From Gemmata obscuriglobus (lineage in GTDB: Bacteria; Planctomycetota; Planctomycetia; Gemmatales; Gemmataceae): DNA of 32,000 nucleotides. Below are positions 16,032 to 24,396 of this stretch, piece after piece. The stretch covers positions 5,670,001-5,702,000 of the forward strand of contig NZ_CP042911.1 of assembly GCF_008065095.1 (NCBI RefSeq). Direction: 5' to 3'. Below the pieces are notes generated by a model, which was not told the DNA's origin, made no database searches, and saw nothing but the letters and a program-made list of their open reading frames with translations. The position numbers and the translations under genes were made by a program. Numbering within the stretch: the first letter of the stretch is position 1; every line of letters starts with the position of its first letter.

Positions 16032-17867
16032 GTGAGCGACCTGGAGTACCGGTTCGATGTGGTGGTGGTGGGCGCGGGGCACGCGGGCACGGAAGCGGCA
16101 ATGGCCGCCGCCCGGCTCGGGCTCCGCACGTGCCTGCTGAGCATGAACGCCGACGCGGTGGCGCAGATGAGCTGCAACCCGGCGATCGGCGGGGTCGCCA
16201 AGGGGCAGATCGTCCGCGAGATCGACGCGCTCGGCGGGGTGATGGGGAAGTGCATCGATGCCAGCGGCATCCAGTTCCGGGTGCTTAACGCGTCCAAAGG
16301 GCCGGCGATGCACTCGCCCCGCGCCCAGGCCGACAAGAAGCTCTACCAGTTCACGATGAAGCGGTGGGTGGAGGACCAGGAGAACCTCACCCTTCGACAG
16401 GAACTTGTAGAAGGGCTGCTGCTCGAGCCGCACGCGGACTCCGCTTCGCCCGCCACGCGCCGCGTCGTCGGGGTGGTGGCGCGCGGCGACACCCGGTACC
16501 TTGCCCCCGCGGTCATCCTCACGACCGGCACGTTCCTCAAAGCGATCATGCACACCGGGGAGGCGAAGACCGTCGGCGGGCGCGCCGGCGACGCCTCGGC
16601 CGAAGGGATGAGTGCTAGCCTCGCGGACGCCGGGTTCGAACTCGCCCGCTTCAAGACCGGCACGCCCTGCCGGCTTAACGGCCGCACCATCGATTTCTCG
16701 AAGTGCCAGGAGCAGCCCGGCGACCCGGTCCCGCGCCCGTTCAGCTTCAGTACGGAGAAGATCACGGTTCCGCAGGTGGTTTGCCATTCGACGGAAACCA
16801 CGGCGGCGGTTCACGACCTGATCCGCGCGAACCTCCACCGCGCCCCCATGTATAGTGGGCAGATTTGTGGCCGCGGGCCGCGCTACTGCCCCTCGATAGA
16901 GGACAAGGTGGTGCGGTTCGCGGACAAGGACTCACACCTCCTCTTTCTGGAGCCCGAGGGCCTGAACACCCGCGAGTACTACTGCAACGGGATCAGCACC
17001 AGCCTGCCCAAGGACGTGCAGGCCGCGATGCTGAAACTGATCCCCGGCTTGGAGAACGCAGAAGTGATGCGTTGGGGGTACGCGGTCGAGTACGATTACG
17101 CCCCGCCCACGCAGCTCCACCCGACGCTCGAAACGAAGCCGGTCGCGGGGCTGTACTTCGCCGGCCAGATCAACGGCACCACCGGTTACGAGGAGGCGGC
17201 GGCGCAGGGGCTCGTGGCGGGTCTGAACGCCGCCCTCAAGCTCAAGGGCGAGCCGGCGCTGGTCCTGGACCGCAGCGCCGCGTACATCGGCGTGCTCATC
17301 GACGACCTCGTGACGAAAGGGGTGGACGAGCCGTACCGGATGTTCACCTCCCGGGCCGAGTACCGGCTGCTGTTGCGGCACGACAACGCCGACCGGCGCC
17401 TCACCCCGCTCGGCCGGAAGGTCGGGTCCGTGGGCGTCGCCGACTGGGCGCGGTTCGAGCGGAAGGAGAAGGGCATTTCCGATCTGCAGGGCGTGCTAAG
17501 GTCCACTAAGAGCGGCGGCGACTCGCTGGCGACCTGGGTGCGCCGCACCGAGGTGGAGTGGAGCGAGGTGGTCGCCCGGTGCCCGGCCCTGGCAGAGTGG
17601 GACGCCCGCCCGGACGTGGTCGAGCAGGTGGTTCTGGAAGCCAAGTACAGCGGGTACATCGACCGGCAAGCCGCAGAGGTGGAGCGGTTCCAGCGGCTGG
17701 AGAACCGGCGCATTCCGGACGCGTTCGACTACGCCCGGGTCGGACAGCTCCGGCACGAGGCCCGTGAGAAGCTGAGTCGCATTCGGCCCGTCAGCTTGGG
17801 CCAGGCGAGCCGCATCAGCGGCATCACCCCGGCCGACCTCGCAATGCTGTTGCTTTATCTGGATTGA
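16032..17867 (+). CDS. mnmG: tRNA uridine 5-carboxymethylaminomethyl modification enzyme MnmG (GidA)
   Basis: FAD-binding start [22 protein letters not shown] and characteristic blocks ([62 protein letters not shown]). GTG at 16032 is preceded by GGGAGGGGG. About 611 aa, the usual length. Confidence 0.95.
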   Translation: MSDLEYRFDVVVVGAGHAGTEAAMAAARLGLRTCLLSMNADAVAQMSCNPAIGGVAKGQIVREIDALGGVMGKCIDASGIQFRVLNASKGPAMHSPRAQADKKLYQFTMKRWVEDQENLTLRQELVEGLLLEPHADSASPATRRVVGVVARGDTRYLAPAVILTTGTFLKAIMHTGEAKTVGGRAGDASAEGMSASLADAGFELARFKTGTPCRLNGRTIDFSKCQEQPGDPVPRPFSFSTEKITVPQVVCHSTETTAAVHDLIRANLHRAPMYSGQICGRGPRYCPSIEDKVVRFADKDSHLLFLEPEGLNTREYYCNGISTSLPKDVQAAMLKLIPGLENAEVMRWGYAVEYDYAPPTQLHPTLETKPVAGLYFAGQINGTTGYEEAAAQGLVAGLNAALKLKGEPALVLDRSAAYIGVLIDDLVTKGVDEPYRMFTSRAEYRLLLRHDNADRRLTPLGRKVGSVGVADWARFERKEKGISDLQGVLRSTKSGGDSLATWVRRTEVEWSEVVARCPALAEWDARPDVVEQVVLEAKYSGYIDRQAAEVERFQRLENRRIPDAFDYARVGQLRHEAREKLSRIRPVSLGQASRISGITPADLAMLLLYLD

Positions 17868-18468
17868 GCCGTTATGGGCCGCTTGCCCGTTGGGGAGAAG
17901 CCGGGTAACCGGTGAAACCCGCGGGGTCGGTCGCGGAGGCACGCTCTGGGCGTCCGTCACAGCCGGACGAGTTCCCGCCCTCCTGTGGGAGAAAGCGGGT
18001 AAAGCGGTCGGGCTACGGTAGCTACGGAGACGATGAGTTCCGCGACCGAGTCGGCAGGAGCCCGGGGCTGGAAGAAGTTTGCGGCGCGGTTCGCGCGGGT
18101 GGAGCTTGGGCGGCGCGCTCTGGGCGCCTTGTGTCGGTGACGCGGGCGGGATTCGGGCCGGCTGGGCAAATCGCCTGGTCGTCGTGAAGTTCGCACCGTT
18201 GATCGGACAGGGGGCCGGGGTATGATGGGGTGAGGCAGTTGAGGCCGCTCCGATCTATGCCACCGCCACTGTCGCTTCACCCCGGACTGGTCCGCTGTTT
18301 TGCCTCTCCGCCGCAGCACTCGCCTCTTGTTGAGGCGCCGCGCGGTGCCGGATGTGTCCTGCGTGAGTCACGGACGAATTGTTTCGGTCCGCCGCTCGGC
18401 TCGGTCGTTTCGGCCGTGCGCGGATCTCCCCCATGCGAGCCGGCTGAGCCGGCCAGGTGGATGCGCGT

Positions 18469-19050
18469 ATGAAGACGGTGTTCACGACCGGCGAAGCGGC
18501 CAAGATTTGCAAGGTCTCCCAGCAGACCATCATCCGCTGCTTCGACAACGGCCAGCTCAAGGGGTTCCGCGTTCCGGGTAGCAAGTTCCGGCGCATCCCC
18601 CGCGAGGCGCTGTACAAGTTCATGAAGGACAACGGCATCCCGACGGACGCCCTGGAGAGCGGCAAGCGCAAGGTGCTGCTGGTGGACGACGAGCCGGAAC
18701 TGGTCCAGGTCGTCAACGACGCGCTCCAGGCCGACGGCCGGTTCGAGGTGCGGATCGCGTCCAACGGGTTCGACGCCGGGATGATGGTGAAGGACTACCG
18801 CCCGGACCTCATCATCCTGGACGTGATGCTGCCCGACATCAACGGCAAAGAAGTGTGCCACCGGGTCCGCGCCGACGCCTCAATGGAGGACGTGCGCATC
18901 ATCTGCATCTCCGGCATGATCGAAGAGGACAAGGTGCAAGAGCTGAAACTCGCCGGGGCCGACGACTTCCTGCCGAAGCCGTTCGACGTGGACCATCTGA
19001 TCGAGAAGATGTGCGCTCAACTGGACATCGAGACCGGGGTGTTGGCTTAA
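18469..19050 (+). CDS. Response regulator with an N-terminal excisionase/MerR-type HTH and a C-terminal receiver domain
   Basis: FTTGEAAKICKVSQQTIIRCFDNGQLKGFRVPGSKFRRIPREAL matches the HTH_17 type. The receiver domain follows (KVLLVDDEPE ... DLIILDVMLPDINGKE ... KPF). AGGTGGA lies 7 nt upstream of the ATG at 18469. Confidence 0.85.
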   Translation: MKTVFTTGEAAKICKVSQQTIIRCFDNGQLKGFRVPGSKFRRIPREALYKFMKDNGIPTDALESGKRKVLLVDDEPELVQVVNDALQADGRFEVRIASNGFDAGMMVKDYRPDLIILDVMLPDINGKEVCHRVRADASMEDVRIICISGMIEEDKVQELKLAGADDFLPKPFDVDHLIEKMCAQLDIETGVLA

Positions 19051-19159
19051 TTCGGAAAGCGGCGCGGGGGTTCGGAATTCAAAACGCAACACGCCCCTCC
19101 GGTTTGTTGCCGTTCGTTCCGACTTCCGAACTCTGCGTTTTGTGTGTGGAGGACTTCCA

Positions 19160-20836
19160 GTGCCAGGGAAGGCGGTGGGCCGGGCCGCGGCAGCGTTGCC
19201 GTGGCTGTGCCCGAACACGGACGGTCTGATCCGGCTCGCGGAGGCGCCCGCCGGCCTCGCGCGACCGTTTTCGGCTGATCCCGTGGCCGCTGACGTGGCC
19301 TTGGTGCTGTTCCTCCTTCGGTTCGTGCCGCCATCGGTCGCGCCGGCCGAGAGCCTGTTCTGCCCATCCGCACTGTCTGCGGCGTCGCTGCCGTCAACCG
19401 CGTCCGCCCACCTGCAAGCGGTTCCCGGGGCGTGGGTCGATCCGGAGTGCGAAGTTGCCAAACGGTGTCGGGCCTTCGCCCGCGCCGCCGCCGCTTTCGC
19501 GCGTCGCCTTGCCGAACACACCCGCCGCGCATGTGCGGAGCGCGCAGCCGCGCTCGCGGCGCTGGCCCCGCTGGGCTGGGTCGCCGTTGCGGCCGTTGAT
19601 CCCGGGGCGGCCCGCGAACCGCTGCACGATCCCGATGCGCCGGCCGCGTCAGCGACACAAGCCGCCATCTGGGGGCTCGACCAAGGAGCCGTCACCCGGC
19701 GGCTCGCGAACCGCTGGCGGCTCCCCGATTGGGTCGCGAGCGTACTCGGGAACTTCAACCTGCCGATCGCCGCCGCCCGGGCGCTGGTTCCCGATCTCGG
19801 CTTGTTTCTGCTCGCGCAGTTCGCGGCGCTCGAAACGGAACGCCGGCTCGGTTCGCTCGGGTTGACCGAGGGCGCCGGGCGGGCGGAACTTCTCGCGGAA
19901 CTCAAACTCACCGACGCCGTTGTCGAAGAGTTGTGGCCGGCGGCCCCACCGGCCGAGGCGCCCGCGCCTGTGCTGGACCCGAACCCGCACAAGGTGCCGC
20001 TGGTCGTTAACCTGCTCAAAATGGCCAGCGAGAGCCGCCGGCGGAACGGGGCGGCGCTCGTCGCCCGCCTCGAAGAGCGGCTCGACGATCTGCACCGCGC
20101 TGTTGCCCAGGTCGGGGGCGAGGCCGACGCCCGTGCCCGGGACGCGAAGCTCCGGGCGCTGGCCGAACTCGCCGCGGGCGCGGGGCACGAGATCAACAAC
20201 CCACTCGCGGTCATCTCGGGGCACGCACAGCGCCTGTACCGCACCGAGCCCGATCCGGACCGCGGCGAGGCCCTTCAGTCCGTCATACGCCAGACGCAAC
20301 GGATCACGGGAATCGTGCGCGATCTCATGCAGTTCGCGCGGCCGCCCCAGCCCCATCCGCACCGGCTCGCCGCCGGTGACCTGCTCGGGCTGGTGCGGGA
20401 CGAACTCGCCCCGCTCGCGACCGAGAAGAACGTCCGCATGGAACTCGCGGCCGTGTCCGGCGACTCGTTCGTTCGGGCCGATCGCGCTCAGATCAAGCAC
20501 GCCCTCGCCGCCGTCGCTCGCAACGGTATTGAGGCCGCCGGGAGCGGCGGTTGGGTCCGTCTTTCGTGTACGGAACGTGACGACGAGTTCGTTGCCTTCG
20601 TCGTTGAAGATAGCGGCCCCGGGCTGGGCGCGGCTGCCCTCGAACACGCCTTCGATCCTTTCTACTGCGGGCGCTCCGCCGGGCGCGGGCGCGGGCTGGG
20701 GTTGCCGACCGCCTGGCAGTTCGCGAAGCAGAACGGTGGCGATGTGCGATACGAGTCGGGCACCGGTCCGACCCGGTTCGTGGTCACCGTTCCCCGCTCC
20801 GTTACGCTCGAATTCCTCGACCGCCAGTCGGCGTGA
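19160..20836 (+). CDS. Cytoplasmic sensor histidine kinase (degenerate HDOD-like N-terminal region + HisKA + HATPase_c)
   Basis: H-box AGAGHEINNPLAVISGH. N/G boxes ARNGIEA, EDSGPGL, GRGLGLPTAWQFAKQNGG. No TM helix seen. The N-terminal 'IWGLDQGAVTRRLANRWRLPDWVASVL' resembles HDOD but lacks the His/Asp residues (inference). GTG at 19160 has GGAGGA 6 nt upstream; the alternative start is 19142. Confidence 0.8.
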   Translation: MPGKAVGRAAAALPWLCPNTDGLIRLAEAPAGLARPFSADPVAADVALVLFLLRFVPPSVAPAESLFCPSALSAASLPSTASAHLQAVPGAWVDPECEVAKRCRAFARAAAAFARRLAEHTRRACAERAAALAALAPLGWVAVAAVDPGAAREPLHDPDAPAASATQAAIWGLDQGAVTRRLANRWRLPDWVASVLGNFNLPIAAARALVPDLGLFLLAQFAALETERRLGSLGLTEGAGRAELLAELKLTDAVVEELWPAAPPAEAPAPVLDPNPHKVPLVVNLLKMASESRRRNGAALVARLEERLDDLHRAVAQVGGEADARARDAKLRALAELAAGAGHEINNPLAVISGHAQRLYRTEPDPDRGEALQSVIRQTQRITGIVRDLMQFARPPQPHPHRLAAGDLLGLVRDELAPLATEKNVRMELAAVSGDSFVRADRAQIKHALAAVARNGIEAAGSGGWVRLSCTERDDEFVAFVVEDSGPGLGAAALEHAFDPFYCGRSAGRGRGLGLPTAWQFAKQNGGDVRYESGTGPTRFVVTVPRSVTLEFLDRQSA

Positions 20837-21109
20837 GCCGCCGTTCTCTCAAACCCGTTCCGTTCTCCGGCTGCGAAACAAATCTGTTCAGTTACTCCCA
20901 ACCCGCGCCGTTACGCGCCGTGTGCCACCGGTTTCGAAGATGGCACACTTCAGCCGTGCGGAGGCAACTGCTGTGAGCAGGTGTCGGCGCACATGAGCCG
21001 GGCGTCGAGCGCCGCGCGGCTGGTATCCGAAGTAGTCAGTCGCTGAGTAGCGACTGGTGGTCATTTGCCACGCCCGTAGCCATAAATTGCCCACTGAGCC
21101 ACATCTCGG

Positions 21110-21647
21110 ATGCACCTGCATCCGGATGTCATCATTTCACGCCGTAAGAAGGACCCACTCCGCGCGCCGACCGATGCCGAGCGACAGAAGCTGACGGCGG
21201 TGAGCGGCCCGCGTACGGCCCCGACGGTGCGAGTGGCCCGCGCGGTCATGATTCTGGTAGTCGCAAATGGTTCCGAGTACCAGAATGCGGTCCGGGCCGT
21301 CGGCCGCCGAAGTGGGGATGCGGTGTCCCACCTGGTGGCGCGGTTCAACCGGGAAGTTGGCGACTCTGGACCCGCGGCACGGGGGCGGCCGCACGCCGAC
21401 GTACGGCGCGACCACTCGGGATCGGATCGTGCGTGAGGTGACCCGCACCACAAGCCCCGAGGCCGATGGCGCGGCGGTGTGGTCCCTGGCGCCCTTGCGC
21501 CGGGTGCTCCGGGCCGCTCCCGACGGATTGGCCAAGGTATCCACGTTCACCATCCGGCGGTCAGCCACGGCATGTCTCGCTCCATTCGGTGCCACGGGTG
21601 ACGACCGCAAGCGCTTTTTCGGACTGCACAGGTCGGGTTTCGTTTAA
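21110..21647 (+). pseudogene. IS630-type transposase N-terminal (HTH) fragment, frameshifted and lacking the DDE domain
   Basis: PTDAERQKLTAVSGPRTAPTVRVARAVMILVVANG...GRRSGDAVSHLVARFNRE is read in one frame, then LDPRHGGGRTPTYG...ADGAAVWSLAPLRRVLRAAPDGLAKVSTFTI in another, with the shift near 21360. No catalytic core follows. Confidence 0.65.
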
Positions 21648-21866
21648 GGTCAAGGGGAGACGCCCGAGTCAGCCCCGGGCGGGGGCGTCCCGTCCCGTTC
21701 GCGGACCGCTACCGTGCCGAACCGTCGGCGCAGGAGGTATTGTTTCGAAGCATTTCCGTCATCCGGGCACTTCTGGGAATCGCAGCCACTACCCAACAAC
21801 GTCTTCGGCACCGATTTTTGTTCGCAGGAGCGAACCGCACGTGCGAGCCGAATTTGTTACAAGTTC

Positions 21867-22137
21867 TACTACTACTCCGTTACTTCGCCACAACTAATTA
21901 AATTGTCGCGATTTATGGCGAGCTACACCTACAGGTCCGTGCCCCCGCAACGGGTTCAAATCCCAGCAATTCTGGCTAGTCCGTTCACGAGAGCAGCAAA
22001 CATTCCGCCTTGGCAGTGAGCATTCCATTTGACTCAAGTCCAGATCCTACAAGATGTTCCGTCAAGGTTCATTCCGGAGGCGTGTGCATAACACGTTGTA
22101 AAATAAGCAGTTGTGGCGAGGTAACGGAGTAGTACTA
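21867..22137. repeat. MITE-like unit: 29-bp inverted repeats (27/29 complementary) flanking 213 nt of lower-G+C non-coding DNA
   Basis: Left arm 21867-21895 (tactactactccgttacttcgccacaact) pairs with right arm 22109-22137 (agttgtggcgaggtaacggagtagtacta), checked position by position. No convincing ORF inside. Confidence 0.6.
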
Positions 22138-22380
22138 CCACCAACGCACATTACCGCATGGCGATCGAACACCGTTGGAACCGTTTTTGCTTTTGCGCAA
22201 GGACTGCACACCGGTTTCGAGGACGTGATTCATGGGTAGCGATGCCCCAGCAAAGTAGCAGCGAATTGCCAGTTGGGCGGTAGCGAGTGTCCAGTCCTCG
22301 CCCCGTCGGCTCCCCCCCCGGCACGGGATCGGACTGTAACCCCTCAACTTGTACCACATTTTGGGGTTGACACGAGGTAG

Positions 22381-23819
22381 ATGCGCGGTTGTGCGGTCCC
22401 TCTCATTCCTTCGGAGGGTCCGGTCCTGACTCCCACCGCCGCGCCGAGCTTCGGCCAGACCCACTTCTCGGGCCTCGATTTGGGTGACGCGCGGGTGAAC
22501 CGGCGGATCATCGACTTGGCCGACATCCTCGTCGCCCGCGAGGCCGAGTCGTGGTCCGCCGCGTTCGCCGACCCGGCCGACGCCCGCGCGCTCCAGAGGA
22601 TCGTGAACCGGCCCCAGGCCACGCACGCATCCGTTCGGGCCACGCACACCCGCGTGACGCTCGACCGCATGGCTCGGACCGAGGACGTGGTCTTGGTGCT
22701 CCACGACACCACCGAGTTGGACTACTCCGGGCGCGCGATCCGGGGTCTGGGTCCCATCGGTAACAGTCACGGGCGCGGGTGGGAGTGCCACAACGCGCGG
22801 GCCGCGGTGGCGCGGACCGGTGCCATCCTCGGTCTGGCGAACCAGATCCGGCACCGGCGCGTCGAGCCCGCGGTGACGGCCGCCGAGGGCATGGCCGGGA
22901 GGCGAGACCGAGAGAGCCAGCACGGGGGGGGCACGGGGGGGCACGGGGGGGCACGGGGGGGCACGGGGGGGCACGGGGGGACGCGCCGGCGGGCCGCACC
23001 TGGGTGCACGTGTGCGACCGGGGCGCCGACACGTTCGAGTTCCTGGAGCAACTCGTGGGTGCGGGCCGGTCGTTCGTGATCCGGTCCAAGTCGAACCGCC
23101 GACGCGTGGGGGGCGAGGGGGCAGGCGCGAAGTTGCATGACCACCTGCGGACGTTCCCGGCCCGGGCCGGCTGGTGGGGCCAGGCACGCGAGGGGGCGGG
23201 GCGGTCCCGGCCCGTGAAGTTGCAGGGGTGTTGGGCTACCGGCACGGTCCCGGCCCCGCGGGGCCGGGGCACGGTGACCGTGCCGGTGGTCCGCGTGTGG
23301 GAGGTCGAGATCCCGGCCGGGGATACCGGCGTCGAGTGGTTCCTGCGGACGGACCGGGCGGTGGGGGACATCGCCAGCATGCGGCAGGTGGTGAGCATTT
23401 ACCAACGGCGCCCGATCATCGAGGAGTACCATAAGGCGCTCAAGACCGGGTGCGGGGTCGAGAACCTTCCACACCGCACCCGGGCCGTCCTGGCGACAGC
23501 CGTGGGAATCACGTCGGTGCTGGCCGTGGCCCTGTTGGAACTACGGGACCTGGCCCGGGACCCGGGGCGTCAGGACGACCCGGCCGCGGGCGCGGTCGGG
23601 GGGCGCGCGGTGCGGGTGCTGAGCACCTAGCGGTCCGGGGGGCCGCAACCGCACTGGCGGGTTCGGGGGTTCGTGTGGGCGTTGGGGCGACTGGGCGGGC
23701 ACATGAACCGCCCCAGCGACGGCGTGCCGGGGTCGCAGACCCTCTGGCGCGGCCTTCGGAAGCTCCGGCCCATGATCGCGTACGACATAAAATCCAGACC
23801 AACTTGCGGTACAAGTTGA
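22381..23819 (+). pseudogene. IS4/Tn5-like transposase inactivated by a decamer-repeat frameshift and an in-frame TAG
   Basis: N-terminus is LGDARVNRRIIDLADIL...ALQRIVNRPQATHASV...VVLVLHDTTELDYSG (Tn5 DNA-binding plus first catalytic D). The frame changes across 22921-22980, then continues TWVHVCDRGADTFEF...IIEEYHKALKTGCG. An in-frame TAG sits at 23628-23630, followed by LGRLGGHMNRPSDGVPGSQTLWRGLRKL. Confidence 0.8.
22921..22980 (+). repeat. (CACGGGGGGG)6 decanucleotide tandem repeat inside the IS4-like transposase gene
   Basis: Six perfect 10-nt units read directly. This gives six G7 tracts separated by CAC. Confidence 0.95.
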
Positions 23820-23881
23820 GCCGTTGCACCTGATGCCTACGAGACCCGGACCGAGTCATACCCGTCGATCGGAACTGCTGC

Positions 23882-23922
23882 GCTCGGCGCGGCGCCCCGA
23901 CCGACGGGGCGCCGCGCCGAGC
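23882..23922. repeat. Perfect 17-bp G+C-rich stem-loop (7-nt loop) just outside the IS4-like element
   Basis: gctcggcgcggcgcccc (23882-23898), loop gaccgac, ggggcgccgcgccgagc (23906-23922). No U-tract on either strand. Confidence 0.7.
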
Positions 23923-24170
23923 AGTACCCATGGCCCGAAAAGGCCAAGCGAAACCGACTGCTACTCGCCCGGTCGAATCAATATCAGTTGAAGGGCTCGC
24001 GGCGGGCGCCTCGGCACGCCCGCCGGTGTCTGAGCTGTTACAACGAAGGCGTGGCGGAACACTCCCTACCGTTCGAAATGAGCGCGCCTTCGCGCTCCAC
24101 TTTAAAACCACGCACTGCGCGGGCAATGGAGCCTCCCGAACTACCATTTTCCTTACGAGATCGAATAGGG

Positions 24171-24270
24171 TATAAATTCTCAATAAGTTTGATTATTATA
24201 TTATTGTTAATTTAATAATAAATTCAGTTTAATATTATTAACGTGTATTTTTATTTTGATATAACTTCTG
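24171..24270. other. Extreme AT-rich island (about 14% G+C by hand count) upstream of the zincin/repeat protein gene
   Basis: Hand count gives 14 G/C in 100 nt. It lies ~350 nt after the IS4-like element and ~130 nt before the ATG at 24397. Confidence 0.7.
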
Positions 24271-24396
24271 CGTGCCGGTTTTTTTGTGCAACCACAATTC
24301 GAAAATTCTCGCAACTCAGCTCTGAGAACAGTGTGCGCCGCGATATCATCCTTACCGACCCCGGCATGTGCATGGCCGGTGGCACGTTGGTCAGAC

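Larger units (their letters stand above)
22343..23820 (+). mobile_element. IS4-family (Tn5/IS50-like) insertion sequence, about 1.48 kb, defective
   Basis: 13-bp perfect inverted termini ctcaacttgtacc (22343-22355) and ggtacaagttgag (23808-23820), with imperfect extension. They enclose a Tn5-like transposase reading frame. No clear 9-bp target duplication was seen. Confidence 0.7.

Noticed and set aside
15817-16101. N-terminal extensions proposed by the ORF track: 13798..16101, 15843..17867, 4355.., 24286.., 27494.., 29709..30968, 26692..27588.
   Set aside because: Internal starts have Shine-Dalgarno-like sequences and match the normal N-termini of the families (ECF region 2, the MnmG FAD motif, ABC-F Walker A spacing, signal peptides). 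The extensions are Arg/Pro-rich and overlap neighbouring genes or promoters.
17880-18200. Possible cobalamin riboswitch, RNase P or other known RNA in the mnmG-regulator gap (GGGAGAAGCCGGGTAACCGGTGAAACCC..., AGTCGGCAGGAGCCCGG).
   Set aside because: The resemblance to the B12 core and B12 box is partial and interrupted. The universal RNase P GGAAAGTCCGGGC block is absent. The genomic context (a response regulator downstream) does not fit. The region is kept only as 'unexplained' in the findings.
20926-20941. ccaccggtttcgaaga at 20926, resembling acaccggtttcgagga near 22210 (14/16 identical), which might mark another repeat family.
   Set aside because: The similarity does not extend beyond 16 nt. 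Exact 12-mer matches are expected many times by chance within 32 kb.
21952-21964. GGGTTCAAATCCC, a tRNA T-arm-like sequence inside the MITE-like unit, which might indicate a tRNA, tmRNA or att-site remnant.
   Set aside because: Only 3 bp of the T-stem can pair (ACGGG/CCCAG gives two mismatches). No acceptor, D or anticodon arms could be drawn around it. At most it is a decayed fragment.
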